Source of the DNA: a bacterium
GTDB lineage: Bacteria > JAHJDO01
DNA length: 64,000 nt
Assembly: GCA_043824255.1 (NCBI GenBank)
Contig: JBDRTG010000027.1
Coordinates: 32,001 to 96,000 of the forward strand
Reading direction: 5' to 3'
The notes beneath the pieces were generated by a model that did no database searches, was not told the DNA's origin, and worked only from the letters and a program-made list of their open reading frames with translations. The position numbers were made by a program, and so were the translations under genes. How positions within the stretch are numbered: the stretch's first letter is position 1; the number at the start of each line of letters is the position of its first letter. Below, piece by piece: positions 29,940 through 40,281 of this stretch.

Positions 29940-31004
29940 ATGCTGTTAGACAAATTAGATAGTATTAAAAAAAGGGGTGATGAACTTACTGAGTTAATGA
30001 GTGACCCTCAAGTTATAGCTAATAGAGACCAGTATCAGAAGTGTGCCAAGGAATACACTGATATAAAGGACATAATAAAGGAATATGGAAAATATAGGGA
30101 AAATTTGAATGATATATCGAAGCACAAAGAAATTCTCTCAAACCCCGCTGAAGACAAGGATTTTCTAGAACTAGTTGAATCAGAGATAGTGGATTTGAAA
30201 GCTAAAAAAGAGAAGATAGAGGATAATCTCCGGGTATTACTGGATCCAGAGGCGCGCGATTGGAACAAAGATATTATTATGGAAATACGTAGTGGAGCTG
30301 GTGGAGATGAAGCCAGTCTTTTTGCTGAAGACCTATTTCGTATGTATAGTAAGTATGCTGAAAAGAAAGGATGGAAGATAGAGATTTTGTCATCGCATAC
30401 AAGGGAATTGGGCGGTTTTAAGGAGGTAGTTTTTGCAGTAAAAGGAAAGAATGTTTACAGAAGATTAAGATTTGAAAGTGGAACGCACCGTGTTCAAAGG
30501 GTTCCAGTTACTGAGACTAGCGGCCGCATTCACACATCTACAGTTACTGTAGCAGTGCTTCCTGAACCTGAAGATGTTGAAGTTATAATAAATCCACAAG
30601 AATTAAAAATCGATACATTTAGAGCCTCAGGAGCTGGAGGTCAACATGTTAATAAAACAGACTCAGCAGTTAGAATAACCCATATACCAACGAGTCTAGT
30701 TGTTGAGTGTCAGGATGAAAGGTCACAGCATAAAAATAGAGTTAAGGCAATGAGAGTATTAAGAGCGCGCTTACTGCATAAGGTGAAAGAGGATCAACGG
30801 AAACAGATTTCTCAGGATAGAAAAAATCAGGTTGGCACAGGAGATAGAAGCGAAAAGATTCGCACGTATAATTTTCCCCAAGCGCGGGTTACAAATCATC
30901 GCATAAATTTTACTTCCCATAAGCTTCAGGCTTTTCTTCAAGGTAATATGGATGAATTGGTAGAAGCTGAATTATCAGTTGGTCTTAGAAGTTCCACTTT
31001 GTAA
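29940..31004 (+). CDS. prfA: Peptide chain release factor 1
   Basis: [10 protein letters not shown] (PVT motif), [16 protein letters not shown]. Confidence 0.97.
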   Translation: MLLDKLDSIKKRGDELTELMSDPQVIANRDQYQKCAKEYTDIKDIIKEYGKYRENLNDISKHKEILSNPAEDKDFLELVESEIVDLKAKKEKIEDNLRVLLDPEARDWNKDIIMEIRSGAGGDEASLFAEDLFRMYSKYAEKKGWKIEILSSHTRELGGFKEVVFAVKGKNVYRRLRFESGTHRVQRVPVTETSGRIHTSTVTVAVLPEPEDVEVIINPQELKIDTFRASGAGGQHVNKTDSAVRITHIPTSLVVECQDERSQHKNRVKAMRVLRARLLHKVKEDQRKQISQDRKNQVGTGDRSEKIRTYNFPQARVTNHRINFTSHKLQAFLQGNMDELVEAELSVGLRSSTL

Positions 31005-31011
31005 CAAATTT

Positions 31012-31899
31012 ATGGCAAAAACCAAAAAAACATGGAAGATTAAAGAATTAGTTCTTCGCACAGCAGATTATCTTGCAAGGCATAAGATTCCCTCTCCTCG
31101 TTTGGATGCAGAGGTTTTGCTATCATATCTCTTAAAGAAAGAAAGAATATTTTTATATCTTAATTGGGATAGTATTCTTAAAGAAGACACCCTAGACATT
31201 TTTAGAAAACTTGTTCTAAAAAGGTCAAAGCACGTACCAATTGCATATTTAATAGGGCATAAAGAGTTTATGTCCATCGATTTTGAGGTAAATAAAAAAG
31301 TATTAATTCCTAGGCCTGAGACTGAAACATTAATTGAAGCAACGTTAAAGAAGATGGCGCTTCAACCAAATAGAGAATGGGTAGCAATTGATATGGGAAC
31401 AGGCTGTGGGAATATAGCAGTTGCTCTTGCCAAAAGTCGGAATGTCAGGATCTATGCTTCTGATATCTCAGAAGATGCATTGAGCATCTCCAAAAAAAAT
31501 GCAAAAAAAAATAAAGTAGAAAAGTCAATAAGGTTTTTTTGCGGAGACTTGTTCGAAAGTTTTAATGGTCTCAATCTTGCCGAAGAGATTGATTTTGTTG
31601 TATCAAATCCTCCTTATGTTTCTTCAGCGGATTTTGAGAAATTATCTATTGATGTAAAGCAATATGAACCTAGAATCGCGCTTGATGGTGGAACTGATGG
31701 TATTGATTTTTATCCTGAACTAGTCAAAGGTGCAGAGGAATTTTTAAAACCACACGGGTTTCTTATTATGGAAATAGGATATGGCCAGGTTGAAGAAATT
31801 AAAAAACTTATTTCCTCAAGAGACACATTTTTTGCCCCTGAAATTGTCAGAGACTACGGAGGTATTGAGAGAGTAATTATCTGCACACGCCATTCTTGA
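31012..31899 (+). CDS. prmC: Release factor glutamine methyltransferase
   Basis: LIPRPETE, DMGTGCG, SNPPY, ALDGG.DG; start at ATG 31012, after the prfA stop. Confidence 0.93.
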   Translation: MAKTKKTWKIKELVLRTADYLARHKIPSPRLDAEVLLSYLLKKERIFLYLNWDSILKEDTLDIFRKLVLKRSKHVPIAYLIGHKEFMSIDFEVNKKVLIPRPETETLIEATLKKMALQPNREWVAIDMGTGCGNIAVALAKSRNVRIYASDISEDALSISKKNAKKNKVEKSIRFFCGDLFESFNGLNLAEEIDFVVSNPPYVSSADFEKLSIDVKQYEPRIALDGGTDGIDFYPELVKGAEEFLKPHGFLIMEIGYGQVEEIKKLISSRDTFFAPEIVRDYGGIERVIICTRHS

Positions 31900-31924
31900 C
31901 ATTATGTGTTTCTTTAGGTAGAAT
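31896..31924 (+). promoter_or_regulatory. Sigma70-type promoter of the pilus ATPase operon
   Basis: TTGACA (31896-31901), 17-nt spacer, TAGAAT (31919-31924). Confidence 0.75.
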
Positions 31925-31953
31925 TTATACGACTAATTTTGGAGGCAGGCAAA

Positions 31954-33666
31954 GTGGTGGAAGATAGAAGAAAATTTCTGGGAGAAATACTTCAGGACAT
32001 AGGTTTGATCTCAGAAAAGAAGCTGGAAACTGCTTTAGCAGAGCAGCGGCAGACAGGTGAAAGACTTGGAAATATACTAATAAAGCTTGGATATATAGAT
32101 AGTGAAGGGCTCTGTAAGGCATTAGCTTCGCAATTCGGTCTGAAGACGATAAATATATCAGAATATAATGTTGCACAGGAAGTGATAGATAAAGTTCCTT
32201 CATCAGTCGCAAAAAAACATAAAATTGTACCTTTGAAGTTTGAAAATAATACTTTAACAATTGCTATGGCTAGTCCACTGAATCTTCTTGCATTGGATAA
32301 TCTAAGAATAGTGCTGAATTGCGAAGTTGAAGGATTGTTAGCTACAGAAGAACAGATTGAAAGTTCCCTGGAAAGATATTATGGTGTCAGGGAAGAAACA
32401 ATTGACAGCATGCTTCAAGAGTTGAGTGAACAGGACATAGATTTTGTTAGTGGTGAAGCTGCCGAGGAAGAAGAAGGGATATCTGATGAAGCGCCAGTTA
32501 TAAAATTAGTCGGTTTATTAATATTGGAAGCACTTCGTGCCGGAGCAAGCGATATACATATTGAGCCTTTAGAGGATAGATTTAGAGTAAGATATCGTGT
32601 GGATGGAGTGTTGCATGAAGTACCTGCTCCTCCTAAGAGACTGGAGAAATCCGTGATCTCCCGTATCAAGATTATGTCCGGTATGAACATTGCAGAAAAG
32701 AGGCTTCCTCAGGATGGTAAAATAGGATTATCTTTATTGGGGAAAGATATTGACTTGCGTGTATCGGCTCTGCCTGCAATACATGGGGAAAGTGTCGTAT
32801 TAAGAATCCTCGATAAAACCAGTTTATTACTGGGCATGGCTGAACTTGGGTTTTTAAAGGAGGATATGAAAAGATTTGAATCTCTGATTGCATCGCCTAA
32901 TGGTATTATTCTTGTCACAGGTCCAACAGGCAGTGGTAAAACAACAACTCTTTATGCAGCTCTCAATAAGATAAATCAGCCGGACAGAAAATTGATAACA
33001 GTTGAAGACCCTGTTGAATACCAATTAACAGGGATCAATCAGGTTAATGTAAAAAGCGAAATTGGATTGACGTTTGCTAATGTTTTAAGGTCTATATTGA
33101 GACAGGCTCCGGATATTATAATGATTGGAGAGATTCGCGATAATGAAACAGCGGAAATTGCTATAAGATCTGCTTTAACAGGACACCTGGTGTTCTCTAC
33201 GCTTCACACTAATGATGCTCCCAGCGCAGTAACACGGCTTATTGATATGGGGATAAAGCCTTTCTTGGTGGCTTCATCGATTCAGGCAGTTCTTGCACAG
33301 AGATTGGTCAGAACAATTTGCCAAGAATGCAAAGAACCATACACTCCAAGGGAAGATGAAATTTTACAATTAGAAAGGGCATTTAAGAAAAAAGACATGG
33401 GTAAAGCACAGTTCTGTAAAGGTAAAGGGTGTCCAAAGTGCTCTCAGACAGGTTATAAAGGGAGGATAGGTATTTTTGAATTATTTGTGCTTAATGGTGA
33501 AATTCGTGCGTTGATTCTTAAGAGGGCTTCAAGTGCACAAATTAGAGAAAAGGCATGTGAGTTTGGTATGAAGACCCTAAGGCAAGATGGATTGGAGAAA
33601 GTTGTAATTGGAATGACTACGCTTTCTGAGGTGGAACGAGTAACTCAAAAAGATGTAGAATTATAA
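31954..33666 (+). CDS. pilB: Type IV pilus / T2SS assembly ATPase (PilB/GspE), copy 1
   Basis: MshEN-like LGEIL..G.I...LE.AL..Q...RLG.IL, ASDIHIEP, GPTGSGKTTTLY, EDPVE, LRQAPD, HTNDA, tetracysteine motif. Start GTG 31954 follows SD GGAGG (track start 31939). Confidence 0.88.
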   Translation: MVEDRRKFLGEILQDIGLISEKKLETALAEQRQTGERLGNILIKLGYIDSEGLCKALASQFGLKTINISEYNVAQEVIDKVPSSVAKKHKIVPLKFENNTLTIAMASPLNLLALDNLRIVLNCEVEGLLATEEQIESSLERYYGVREETIDSMLQELSEQDIDFVSGEAAEEEEGISDEAPVIKLVGLLILEALRAGASDIHIEPLEDRFRVRYRVDGVLHEVPAPPKRLEKSVISRIKIMSGMNIAEKRLPQDGKIGLSLLGKDIDLRVSALPAIHGESVVLRILDKTSLLLGMAELGFLKEDMKRFESLIASPNGIILVTGPTGSGKTTTLYAALNKINQPDRKLITVEDPVEYQLTGINQVNVKSEIGLTFANVLRSILRQAPDIIMIGEIRDNETAEIAIRSALTGHLVFSTLHTNDAPSAVTRLIDMGIKPFLVASSIQAVLAQRLVRTICQECKEPYTPREDEILQLERAFKKKDMGKAQFCKGKGCPKCSQTGYKGRIGIFELFVLNGEIRALILKRASSAQIREKACEFGMKTLRQDGLEKVVIGMTTLSEVERVTQKDVEL

Positions 33667-33679
33667 GGAGCAGTATAAA

Positions 33680-34744
33680 ATGGAGATGAATGAACTGCTG
33701 AAAATCGTTGTGGACAGGAATGCCTCTGACATACACTTAGTAGTAGGGAAGCCTCCTGTTTTGCGTATAGATGGAAGACTGGATGTTCTTGACTTTGAGG
33801 AGCTGACAAACGAGAACACAGAGAAGTTAATGAAAAGTATTACCTCAGAACATCATCAGCAAAAATTACAAGAGATGGGAGGAACAGATTTTGGTTTTTC
33901 TTTTGGAGATATAGCAAGGTTCCGTGTAGCTATTTATAAAGAAAGAGGAAATACTTCAATTGCAATGAGGCTTATACCTATGAAACTTATGACATTTGAG
34001 GAGCTAGGATTGGCAGAGCAAGTTAAACAGCTTATGTACAGACCGCGTGGTCTAATTCTGGTAACTGGTCCAACTGGTTGTGGTAAGACAACAACACTTG
34101 CCACAATGATTGATTATATAGCGAGAAACAGAGATGCTCATATAATAACAGTTGAAGACCCTATAGAGTATTACCACACTCATCACAATGGTGTTATGTC
34201 TCAAAGAGAATTGGGGGTGGATGTTCCTTCGTTCTCTGAAGCCCTTGTCAGAGCCCTAAGACAGGATCCAGATGTTATAATGGTGGGAGAGATGAGAGAT
34301 CTGTCTACAATGGAGGCAGCTATTTCAGCCGCAGAAACTGGGCATCTGGTATTTGCAACCTTGCATACAACAGGCGCTGCAGCTACAATTGACAGAATAG
34401 TAGATGCTTTTCCTACTGCACAGCAGGAACAAATAAGAACACAATTATCTGAGTCTCTTGTGGCAGTAATTTCTCAACAGTTGATTCCTAGAACCACAGG
34501 GGGAAGAATAGCGTCTTATGAGATAATGGTTGCTACTTCAGCTATAAAGAATTTAATAAGGGAAAAGAAGAGCTATAGAATAATTTCCTCTATTCAAACA
34601 GGGAAAAAGCTTGGCATGAAGACAATGGACGATTCTCTAACAGAGCTTTACAACAGCAAAATAATAAGCTATGAAGAGTATATTACACGTTGTTATAGTG
34701 TAGCAGATGCTGAAGTGAAGGCAGGAGAGAGAGAAAATGCCTAG
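33680..34744 (+). CDS. pilT: Type IV pilus retraction ATPase
   Basis: ASDIHL, GPTGCGKTTTLA, EDPIEY, ALRQDPD, AAETGHLV, AIKNLIRE (AIRNLIRE motif). Confidence 0.92.
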   Translation: MEMNELLKIVVDRNASDIHLVVGKPPVLRIDGRLDVLDFEELTNENTEKLMKSITSEHHQQKLQEMGGTDFGFSFGDIARFRVAIYKERGNTSIAMRLIPMKLMTFEELGLAEQVKQLMYRPRGLILVTGPTGCGKTTTLATMIDYIARNRDAHIITVEDPIEYYHTHHNGVMSQRELGVDVPSFSEALVRALRQDPDVIMVGEMRDLSTMEAAISAAETGHLVFATLHTTGAAATIDRIVDAFPTAQQEQIRTQLSESLVAVISQQLIPRTTGGRIASYEIMVATSAIKNLIREKKSYRIISSIQTGKKLGMKTMDDSLTELYNSKIISYEEYITRCYSVADAEVKAGERENA

Positions 34745-36461
34745 AAAAAAGAAGCCTATTGGACAGTTATTGCTTGAGAAGGGGCTAATAACATCTGAGC
34801 AGTTAGAACATGCTCTGAATGAGCAACAAAAATCCGGCGGCTTGCTTGGCAGAATTTTGGTAGATCTTGGTTTTGTGACAGAAGCAGACATCTTGTCTAC
34901 ATTAGGAGCACAAACCGGAATGCCTGCTGCAAATCTACCTAAAATAGATATCCCTCCAGAAGTTTTGGGAAAGGTTTCAGCTCCAATCGCAAAAGTATAT
35001 AAGATTATTCCTGTAAAAATGGAAGAGAATATTCTGTATATAGCTATGTCGGATCCTTTAAATATTAACGTCTTAGACGATTTGCGGTTCATGTTGGAAT
35101 GTGAAGTAAGGGGTATGGTAAGCAATGAGAAAGATATTGAAGAAGCTATTTTTAAATATTATGGAGAAAAAACAGAGACCGTTCAGGACGTGTTAAAAGA
35201 GATGGAAACAGGAGCCATGGAAATCAAGGGGAGCATTGAGGATGAGGATGAAGATGTTCATGATGTAGCAACTCTACAGGAACTTGCGCATCAAGTTCCT
35301 GTAGTTAAATTGCTTAATTTAGTGCTTATTCAGGCAATAAAGGATAAGGCTAGTGATCTGCATTTTGAACCATTTGAGGATCAATTTAAGATCAGATATC
35401 GTGTGGATGGGATGCTTTATGAAATGATTCCGCCGCCTAGGCATTTGGCTTTAGCAGTAACTTCCAGGATTAAGGTTATGGCAGGAATGGATATTGCAGA
35501 GAGAAGATTGCCCCAGGATGGAAGGATCCAGCTTAATATGGGTGGAAGAGAAGTAGACCTCCGTATATCAACTTTACCAACAACTTATGGAGAAAGTGTT
35601 GTAATACGGATATTGGATAGAGGAGCTGTTATGCTCTCTCTAGAGCAGGTAGGGCTTTTGGAAGAAGATTTAAGAATATTAAGAGATTTAATTAAAAAGC
35701 CTAACGGCATTATTCTCGTCACAGGCCCAACAGGATGTGGCAAGACTACAACTCTTTATTCTGCTTTAGGAGAAATTAATTCTCCGGAGGACAAGATAAT
35801 CACCACAGAAGACCCTGTTGAGTATGATTTAGCAGGTATTATACAAGTGCAAATAAGGTCTCATATAGGTTTAACTTTTTCCAAGTGTCTCAGAAGTATA
35901 TTAAGACAGGATCCTGATAAGATTTTAGTAGGAGAGATCCGCGATCTGGAGACAGCAGAAATGTCTATTCAGGCTTCACTTACAGGGCATTTAGTGCTGA
36001 GCACGTTACATACTAATGATGCAGCTAGCACGATTGTCAGGCTTATTGATATGGATATTGAGCCTTTTCTTATAACATCAACGCTGGAGGCTATTATTGC
36101 GCAAAGACTTGTTAGAAAAATATGTTCTAGCTGCAAAGAAGAGTATTCTCCAGATGCGCGGGAATTCTCCTTAATTGGACTCAAGTCTGGGGATGCGGAA
36201 GGCAAGAAATTTTATAGGGGCAAAGGATGTGAAATATGCAATGGTATTGGATATAAGGGGCGAATAGGTATTTTTGAGATACTTGTTGTTAATGATGAAA
36301 TAAGAACTCTTATTGTTGATAAGGCAACTGCTGGTGAGCTTAGAAAAAAATCTCACGAAAAAGGGATGTCAATGTTAAGAGAAGATGGATTGAGGAAGAT
36401 ATATATGGGCATCACTACTATTGAGGAAGTAGCAAGAGAGACACAGGGAGTGGAGATATAG
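34737..36461 (+). CDS. pilB: Type IV pilus / T2SS assembly ATPase (PilB/GspE), copy 2
   Basis: MshEN-like N-terminus, ASDLHFEP, GPTGCGKTTTLY, LRQDPD, HTNDA, CxxC..CxxC. Confidence 0.88.
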   Translation: MPRKKKPIGQLLLEKGLITSEQLEHALNEQQKSGGLLGRILVDLGFVTEADILSTLGAQTGMPAANLPKIDIPPEVLGKVSAPIAKVYKIIPVKMEENILYIAMSDPLNINVLDDLRFMLECEVRGMVSNEKDIEEAIFKYYGEKTETVQDVLKEMETGAMEIKGSIEDEDEDVHDVATLQELAHQVPVVKLLNLVLIQAIKDKASDLHFEPFEDQFKIRYRVDGMLYEMIPPPRHLALAVTSRIKVMAGMDIAERRLPQDGRIQLNMGGREVDLRISTLPTTYGESVVIRILDRGAVMLSLEQVGLLEEDLRILRDLIKKPNGIILVTGPTGCGKTTTLYSALGEINSPEDKIITTEDPVEYDLAGIIQVQIRSHIGLTFSKCLRSILRQDPDKILVGEIRDLETAEMSIQASLTGHLVLSTLHTNDAASTIVRLIDMDIEPFLITSTLEAIIAQRLVRKICSSCKEEYSPDAREFSLIGLKSGDAEGKKFYRGKGCEICNGIGYKGRIGIFEILVVNDEIRTLIVDKATAGELRKKSHEKGMSMLREDGLRKIYMGITTIEEVARETQGVEI

Positions 36462-36464
36462 TAT

Positions 36465-37736
36465 ATGGCTGTTTATGCTTATGTTGCGATGAACAATCGC
36501 GGTAAAGAGATAAGTGGAAGTGTTGAGGCAGAAACTTCTACTTTGGCAATATCCCAGATAAGGGATATGGGCTATTTTCCTACGAAGGTTTATGAAAAGT
36601 CTCCAGCTTCTGGCACTTCAACATCTGCTAAACCAGCAAAGGCTAGTGGTCTTGCAAGTATGAATATTCAGATTAAACTGCCAGGAATTGGTAACAAAGT
36701 AAAGCCCAGACAATTAGCGGTTTTTGTCAGACAATTAGCAACCTTGCTTGGTGCAGGTCTCCCTTTATTGAGGAGTCTTAATGTTCTGAGCAATCAGGCC
36801 AAACCTGGTATTGTGAAAGAAACTTTCTCAGAGCTAGCTGCAGATATTGAGGGAGGTGCTACATTTTCAGATGCGCTTGCCAAATATCCCAAAAGCTTTT
36901 CAAAACTTTTTGTTAATATGATAAAAGCTGGTGAAGTTGGCGGGATTTTAGAGGCGGTTTTGGAAAGGTTGGCCGAGTTTTCAGAAAAAGAGGAAGCATT
37001 AAAAAAGAAGATTAAAGCTGCTATGGTTTATCCTATACTCGTTACTGTTGCGGCTGCAGGAATACTTACTTTTTTGATTATAGTAGTTATACCAACCTTT
37101 AAAAAGATGTTTGAAGATTTTAATACAGAGTTGCCGGGCGCTACTGTAATGCTGCTAAAAATGTCGGATGTTTTCAAGGATTGGAGAAATATTCTTGTTG
37201 TTCTGGGATCATTAGTTGGACTATTTATAATATACAAGCTTATTAGAAAAACACGGAAAGGGCTGTATTATTCAGATAAACTTAAATTGTATATCCCCAT
37301 TATTGGTCCTTTGGCCAGAAAAACAGCTATTGGCAGATTTGCAAGAACATTTGCAACCCTGATTGGAAGCGGAGTTCCAATACTTCAGGCGCTTACAATT
37401 GTAAAGGATACATCAGGCAATGACGTAATAGCTCAGGCAATGGCATCTGTTCGTGATAGTATCAGGGAAGGAGAATCAATAGCAGGGCCTCTTCAAGCAA
37501 GCGGAATATTCCCTCCGCTGGTTACCAATATGGTGGATGTTGGAGAAGAAACAGGAGCCTTAGATAAGATGCTGCTTAAAGTAGCAGACGCATACGACCA
37601 AGAAGTAGATGCTGCAGTAGCAGCTTTGACAAGCGCAATAGAGCCAATTATGATTGTAGGTATGGGGGGAATTGTGGGTTTTATAGTTGTTGCGTTATTC
37701 TTACCCTTGATTAAGCTGGCTACAGCGATTGTATAG
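36465..37736 (+). CDS. pilC: Type IV pilus platform protein (PilC/GspF)
   Basis: RQLATLLGAGLPL, AGEVGG.L..VL.RLA, AMVYP, VGEETG.LD.ML. Confidence 0.92.
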   Translation: MAVYAYVAMNNRGKEISGSVEAETSTLAISQIRDMGYFPTKVYEKSPASGTSTSAKPAKASGLASMNIQIKLPGIGNKVKPRQLAVFVRQLATLLGAGLPLLRSLNVLSNQAKPGIVKETFSELAADIEGGATFSDALAKYPKSFSKLFVNMIKAGEVGGILEAVLERLAEFSEKEEALKKKIKAAMVYPILVTVAAAGILTFLIIVVIPTFKKMFEDFNTELPGATVMLLKMSDVFKDWRNILVVLGSLVGLFIIYKLIRKTRKGLYYSDKLKLYIPIIGPLARKTAIGRFARTFATLIGSGVPILQALTIVKDTSGNDVIAQAMASVRDSIREGESIAGPLQASGIFPPLVTNMVDVGEETGALDKMLLKVADAYDQEVDAAVAALTSAIEPIMIVGMGGIVGFIVVALFLPLIKLATAIV

Positions 37737-37740
37737 AAAA

Positions 37741-37793
37741 AAATTTCTAATTTCTAATTTTCAATTATTAATCAATTTTTAATGCTTTAATTT
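37741..37793 (+). repeat. Left arm of the AT-rich heptad element (family B)
   Basis: AAATTTCTAATTTCTAATTTTCAATTATTAATCAATTTTTAATGCTTTAATTT, matching the copies at 42251, 42865, 43762 and 53397. Confidence 0.7.
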
Positions 37794-37796
37794 GTT

Positions 37797-39158
37797 ATGA
37801 AACCAAGAATTTTAGTTGTAGATGATGAGCTAAATATGCAGAAGACACTTTCTGGTATCCTTCATCAGGAGGGCTATGATGTCAAGGTATGTGGAAATGG
37901 AAAAGAAGCGATAGAAATTTTAGATACCGAGCAATTCAATTTAATAATCACTGACATAAAGATGCCTTGTATGGATGGAATGACTATGTTGTCAACCGTA
38001 AGAAAGAAGAACCAGGAAATACCTGTTATAATTATTACAGGGCACGCTACAGTGGATTCAGCAATTGATGCAGTAAAGCTTGAAGCTTATGATTACATCA
38101 GGAAACCGTATATGCCAGAGGAGATTCTTTTATCTGTGCATAGGGCGGTGGAACACGAAAAGCTGATAAGCGAGAATTTATATTTGCATAATCAACTGAA
38201 AGAAAAATTTAGTTTTAGTGGATTAATCGGGAAGAATAAGAAAATGCAGGAGGTCTATCAACTGGTGCAAAAGGTCTCTAACGCCAATGCTTCTATACTA
38301 ATAAGAGGGGAGAGCGGAACTGGTAAGGAGTTGATAGCCAGTGCAATTCACTATAACAGTCAGCGTAAGAACAACAAATTTCTTGCTATAAATTGCGGAG
38401 CTTTGCCGGAGAATCTGTTGGAAAGTGAATTATTTGGTCATGAGAAAGGCGCATTTACAGGCGCTATAAGCAGTAGAAAAGGAATATTTGAGGCGGCTGA
38501 TAAAGGGACTATTTTTCTTGATGAGATAGGAGATCTTTCTTTAGCTACGCAGATGAAATTATTGCGCGTTCTTCAGGATGGAGAATTTAGAGGAGTGGGA
38601 GGAACTCGGCAAATTAAGGTTGATGTGAGGATTATAAGCGCAACTAACAAGAATTTAGAAGACTGTATAAAAGAGGGTCTGTTTAGAGAAGATTTATATT
38701 ACAGAATAAATGTAATTGCTATTGATATGCCTCCTCTCAGAGAAAGGAAAGATGATATAGCTCTTTTAGTAAAGCACTTTTTAGAAAAGTATAATCCCTT
38801 AAAATCTAAGGGAGCCATGCCTAAACGAATTTCCTCTGAAGCCATGGATTTACTTATAAACTTTGACTGGCCTGGTAATGTTAGAGAGCTGGAAAATGTA
38901 ATTGAACGCGCAGTAACATTGCAGGAAGGGGCATGTATTCTTCCTGAGGATTTGCCTGTAGGGGTAGGTTTTCGACCTGCCCACATCCCCACAATTACAG
39001 GAGAGAATTTTCGTGAAGCACGAACTGCCTTTGAAAAGGATTTTTTAGTTAACGTATTAAATAAGGCAAATAGAAATATATCCCTTGCTTCAAAGAAAGC
39101 CGGCATAAGCAGGCGCCATTTCTATGAGAAGATGAAGTTATATGGAATTAAAAGATAA
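37797..39158 (+). CDS. Sigma54-dependent response regulator (NtrC/PilR-like)
   Basis: Receiver domain (VVDDE, DIKMP, KP), GESGTGKE, GAFTGA, DEIG, WPGNVRELEN, Fis-type HTH. Confidence 0.93.
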   Translation: MKPRILVVDDELNMQKTLSGILHQEGYDVKVCGNGKEAIEILDTEQFNLIITDIKMPCMDGMTMLSTVRKKNQEIPVIIITGHATVDSAIDAVKLEAYDYIRKPYMPEEILLSVHRAVEHEKLISENLYLHNQLKEKFSFSGLIGKNKKMQEVYQLVQKVSNANASILIRGESGTGKELIASAIHYNSQRKNNKFLAINCGALPENLLESELFGHEKGAFTGAISSRKGIFEAADKGTIFLDEIGDLSLATQMKLLRVLQDGEFRGVGGTRQIKVDVRIISATNKNLEDCIKEGLFREDLYYRINVIAIDMPPLRERKDDIALLVKHFLEKYNPLKSKGAMPKRISSEAMDLLINFDWPGNVRELENVIERAVTLQEGACILPEDLPVGVGFRPAHIPTITGENFREARTAFEKDFLVNVLNKANRNISLASKKAGISRRHFYEKMKLYGIKR

Positions 39159-40281
39159 ACTTTTTTCTCTGTTTTCGCGGCTTGCATACCTATTTATATT
39201 AACCGGTTTAGCCATTTTTCTTATATATGTTGCTGTGATTGTATGGAGAGCTCCTCTTCTTCAGTACAGGGATTTTTTTATTGCAATTATCTTTTTTTCT
39301 CTAGGGTTTGTTGCCTTTGCTTATATATGGAAGGTTGTTCTTCAGCCAATATTTGGATCTTTGAACAGCACAGCCTTGAACAGGGGGTTTAACCCCCCTG
39401 TTCAAGAACCACTTGTTCAAGAGAGGAGCTTGCAGCCCCTTGTTAACTCAAGGGAACAACTTAAAAAATGGTCTCAGGAGCTGGAAAAAAGGGTAGAGAA
39501 GAGGACATCAGAGCTAAAGAAAGTCAATAGGGAATTGCTTGATACAGAATTTGAACTTATGGAGCGGGACAAACTCTCCTCTATGGGAGAAATATCGGCA
39601 AAACTGGCGCATGAAATCAAGAATCCTCTTGCGATTATTAATAATGCAGCGTTTTTTCTCAAGAATGCTTTTAAGAAACCGGGTTCTGAAGTATCAGAAC
39701 AAATTGGAATTCTTTTCCAGGAAACAGGTCGCATTAATAAACTTGTTACTGATTTACTCCAGTTTTCCGGAATTTCAGTATCCAAGGACAGGGATATGGA
39801 TATGATTGATGTTAATGAGGTGCTTGACGATGCGATTGTCTCTTTTGAATCCGTAGAGGCACGGCGCGCCGTGCCCATACTAGAGAAAAAATATGCTATA
39901 AGATTACCAAAAATAAAAGCTAATCCAGGTCAGTTGAAACAGCTATTTTTGAATATAATTGCCAATGCCTATCAATCTATGGGAGACAGTGGGAGACTTA
40001 CGATATACACAGATGTTGACGCAGAGGCATCCCGAATAGAAATTGTTTTCACTGACACAGGCTGTGGAATTGCGCCTGAAAATTTAAAGGAAATATTTAC
40101 TCCGTTTTTTTCGACAAAAGAGCCGGGAAAGGGAACAGGACTTGGACTTTACATCTGTAAGTCATTAATAAAAAGTCTTAATGGGGATATCTCCGTTCAA
40201 TCGGAAGTTGGAAAGGGAACAAGTTTTACTGTTAGTTTGCCGGTGAGAGAAACCGCACACATGGGAAGGGAAAAGCACTAA
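39142..40281 (+). CDS. Membrane sensor histidine kinase (PilS/NtrB-like)
   Basis: Two TM helices, AHEIKNPL H-box, NIIANA, DTGCGI, FTPFFSTK, GTGLGL. Confidence 0.9.
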   Translation: MELKDKLFSLFSRLAYLFILTGLAIFLIYVAVIVWRAPLLQYRDFFIAIIFFSLGFVAFAYIWKVVLQPIFGSLNSTALNRGFNPPVQEPLVQERSLQPLVNSREQLKKWSQELEKRVEKRTSELKKVNRELLDTEFELMERDKLSSMGEISAKLAHEIKNPLAIINNAAFFLKNAFKKPGSEVSEQIGILFQETGRINKLVTDLLQFSGISVSKDRDMDMIDVNEVLDDAIVSFESVEARRAVPILEKKYAIRLPKIKANPGQLKQLFLNIIANAYQSMGDSGRLTIYTDVDAEASRIEIVFTDTGCGIAPENLKEIFTPFFSTKEPGKGTGLGLYICKSLIKSLNGDISVQSEVGKGTSFTVSLPVRETAHMGREKH

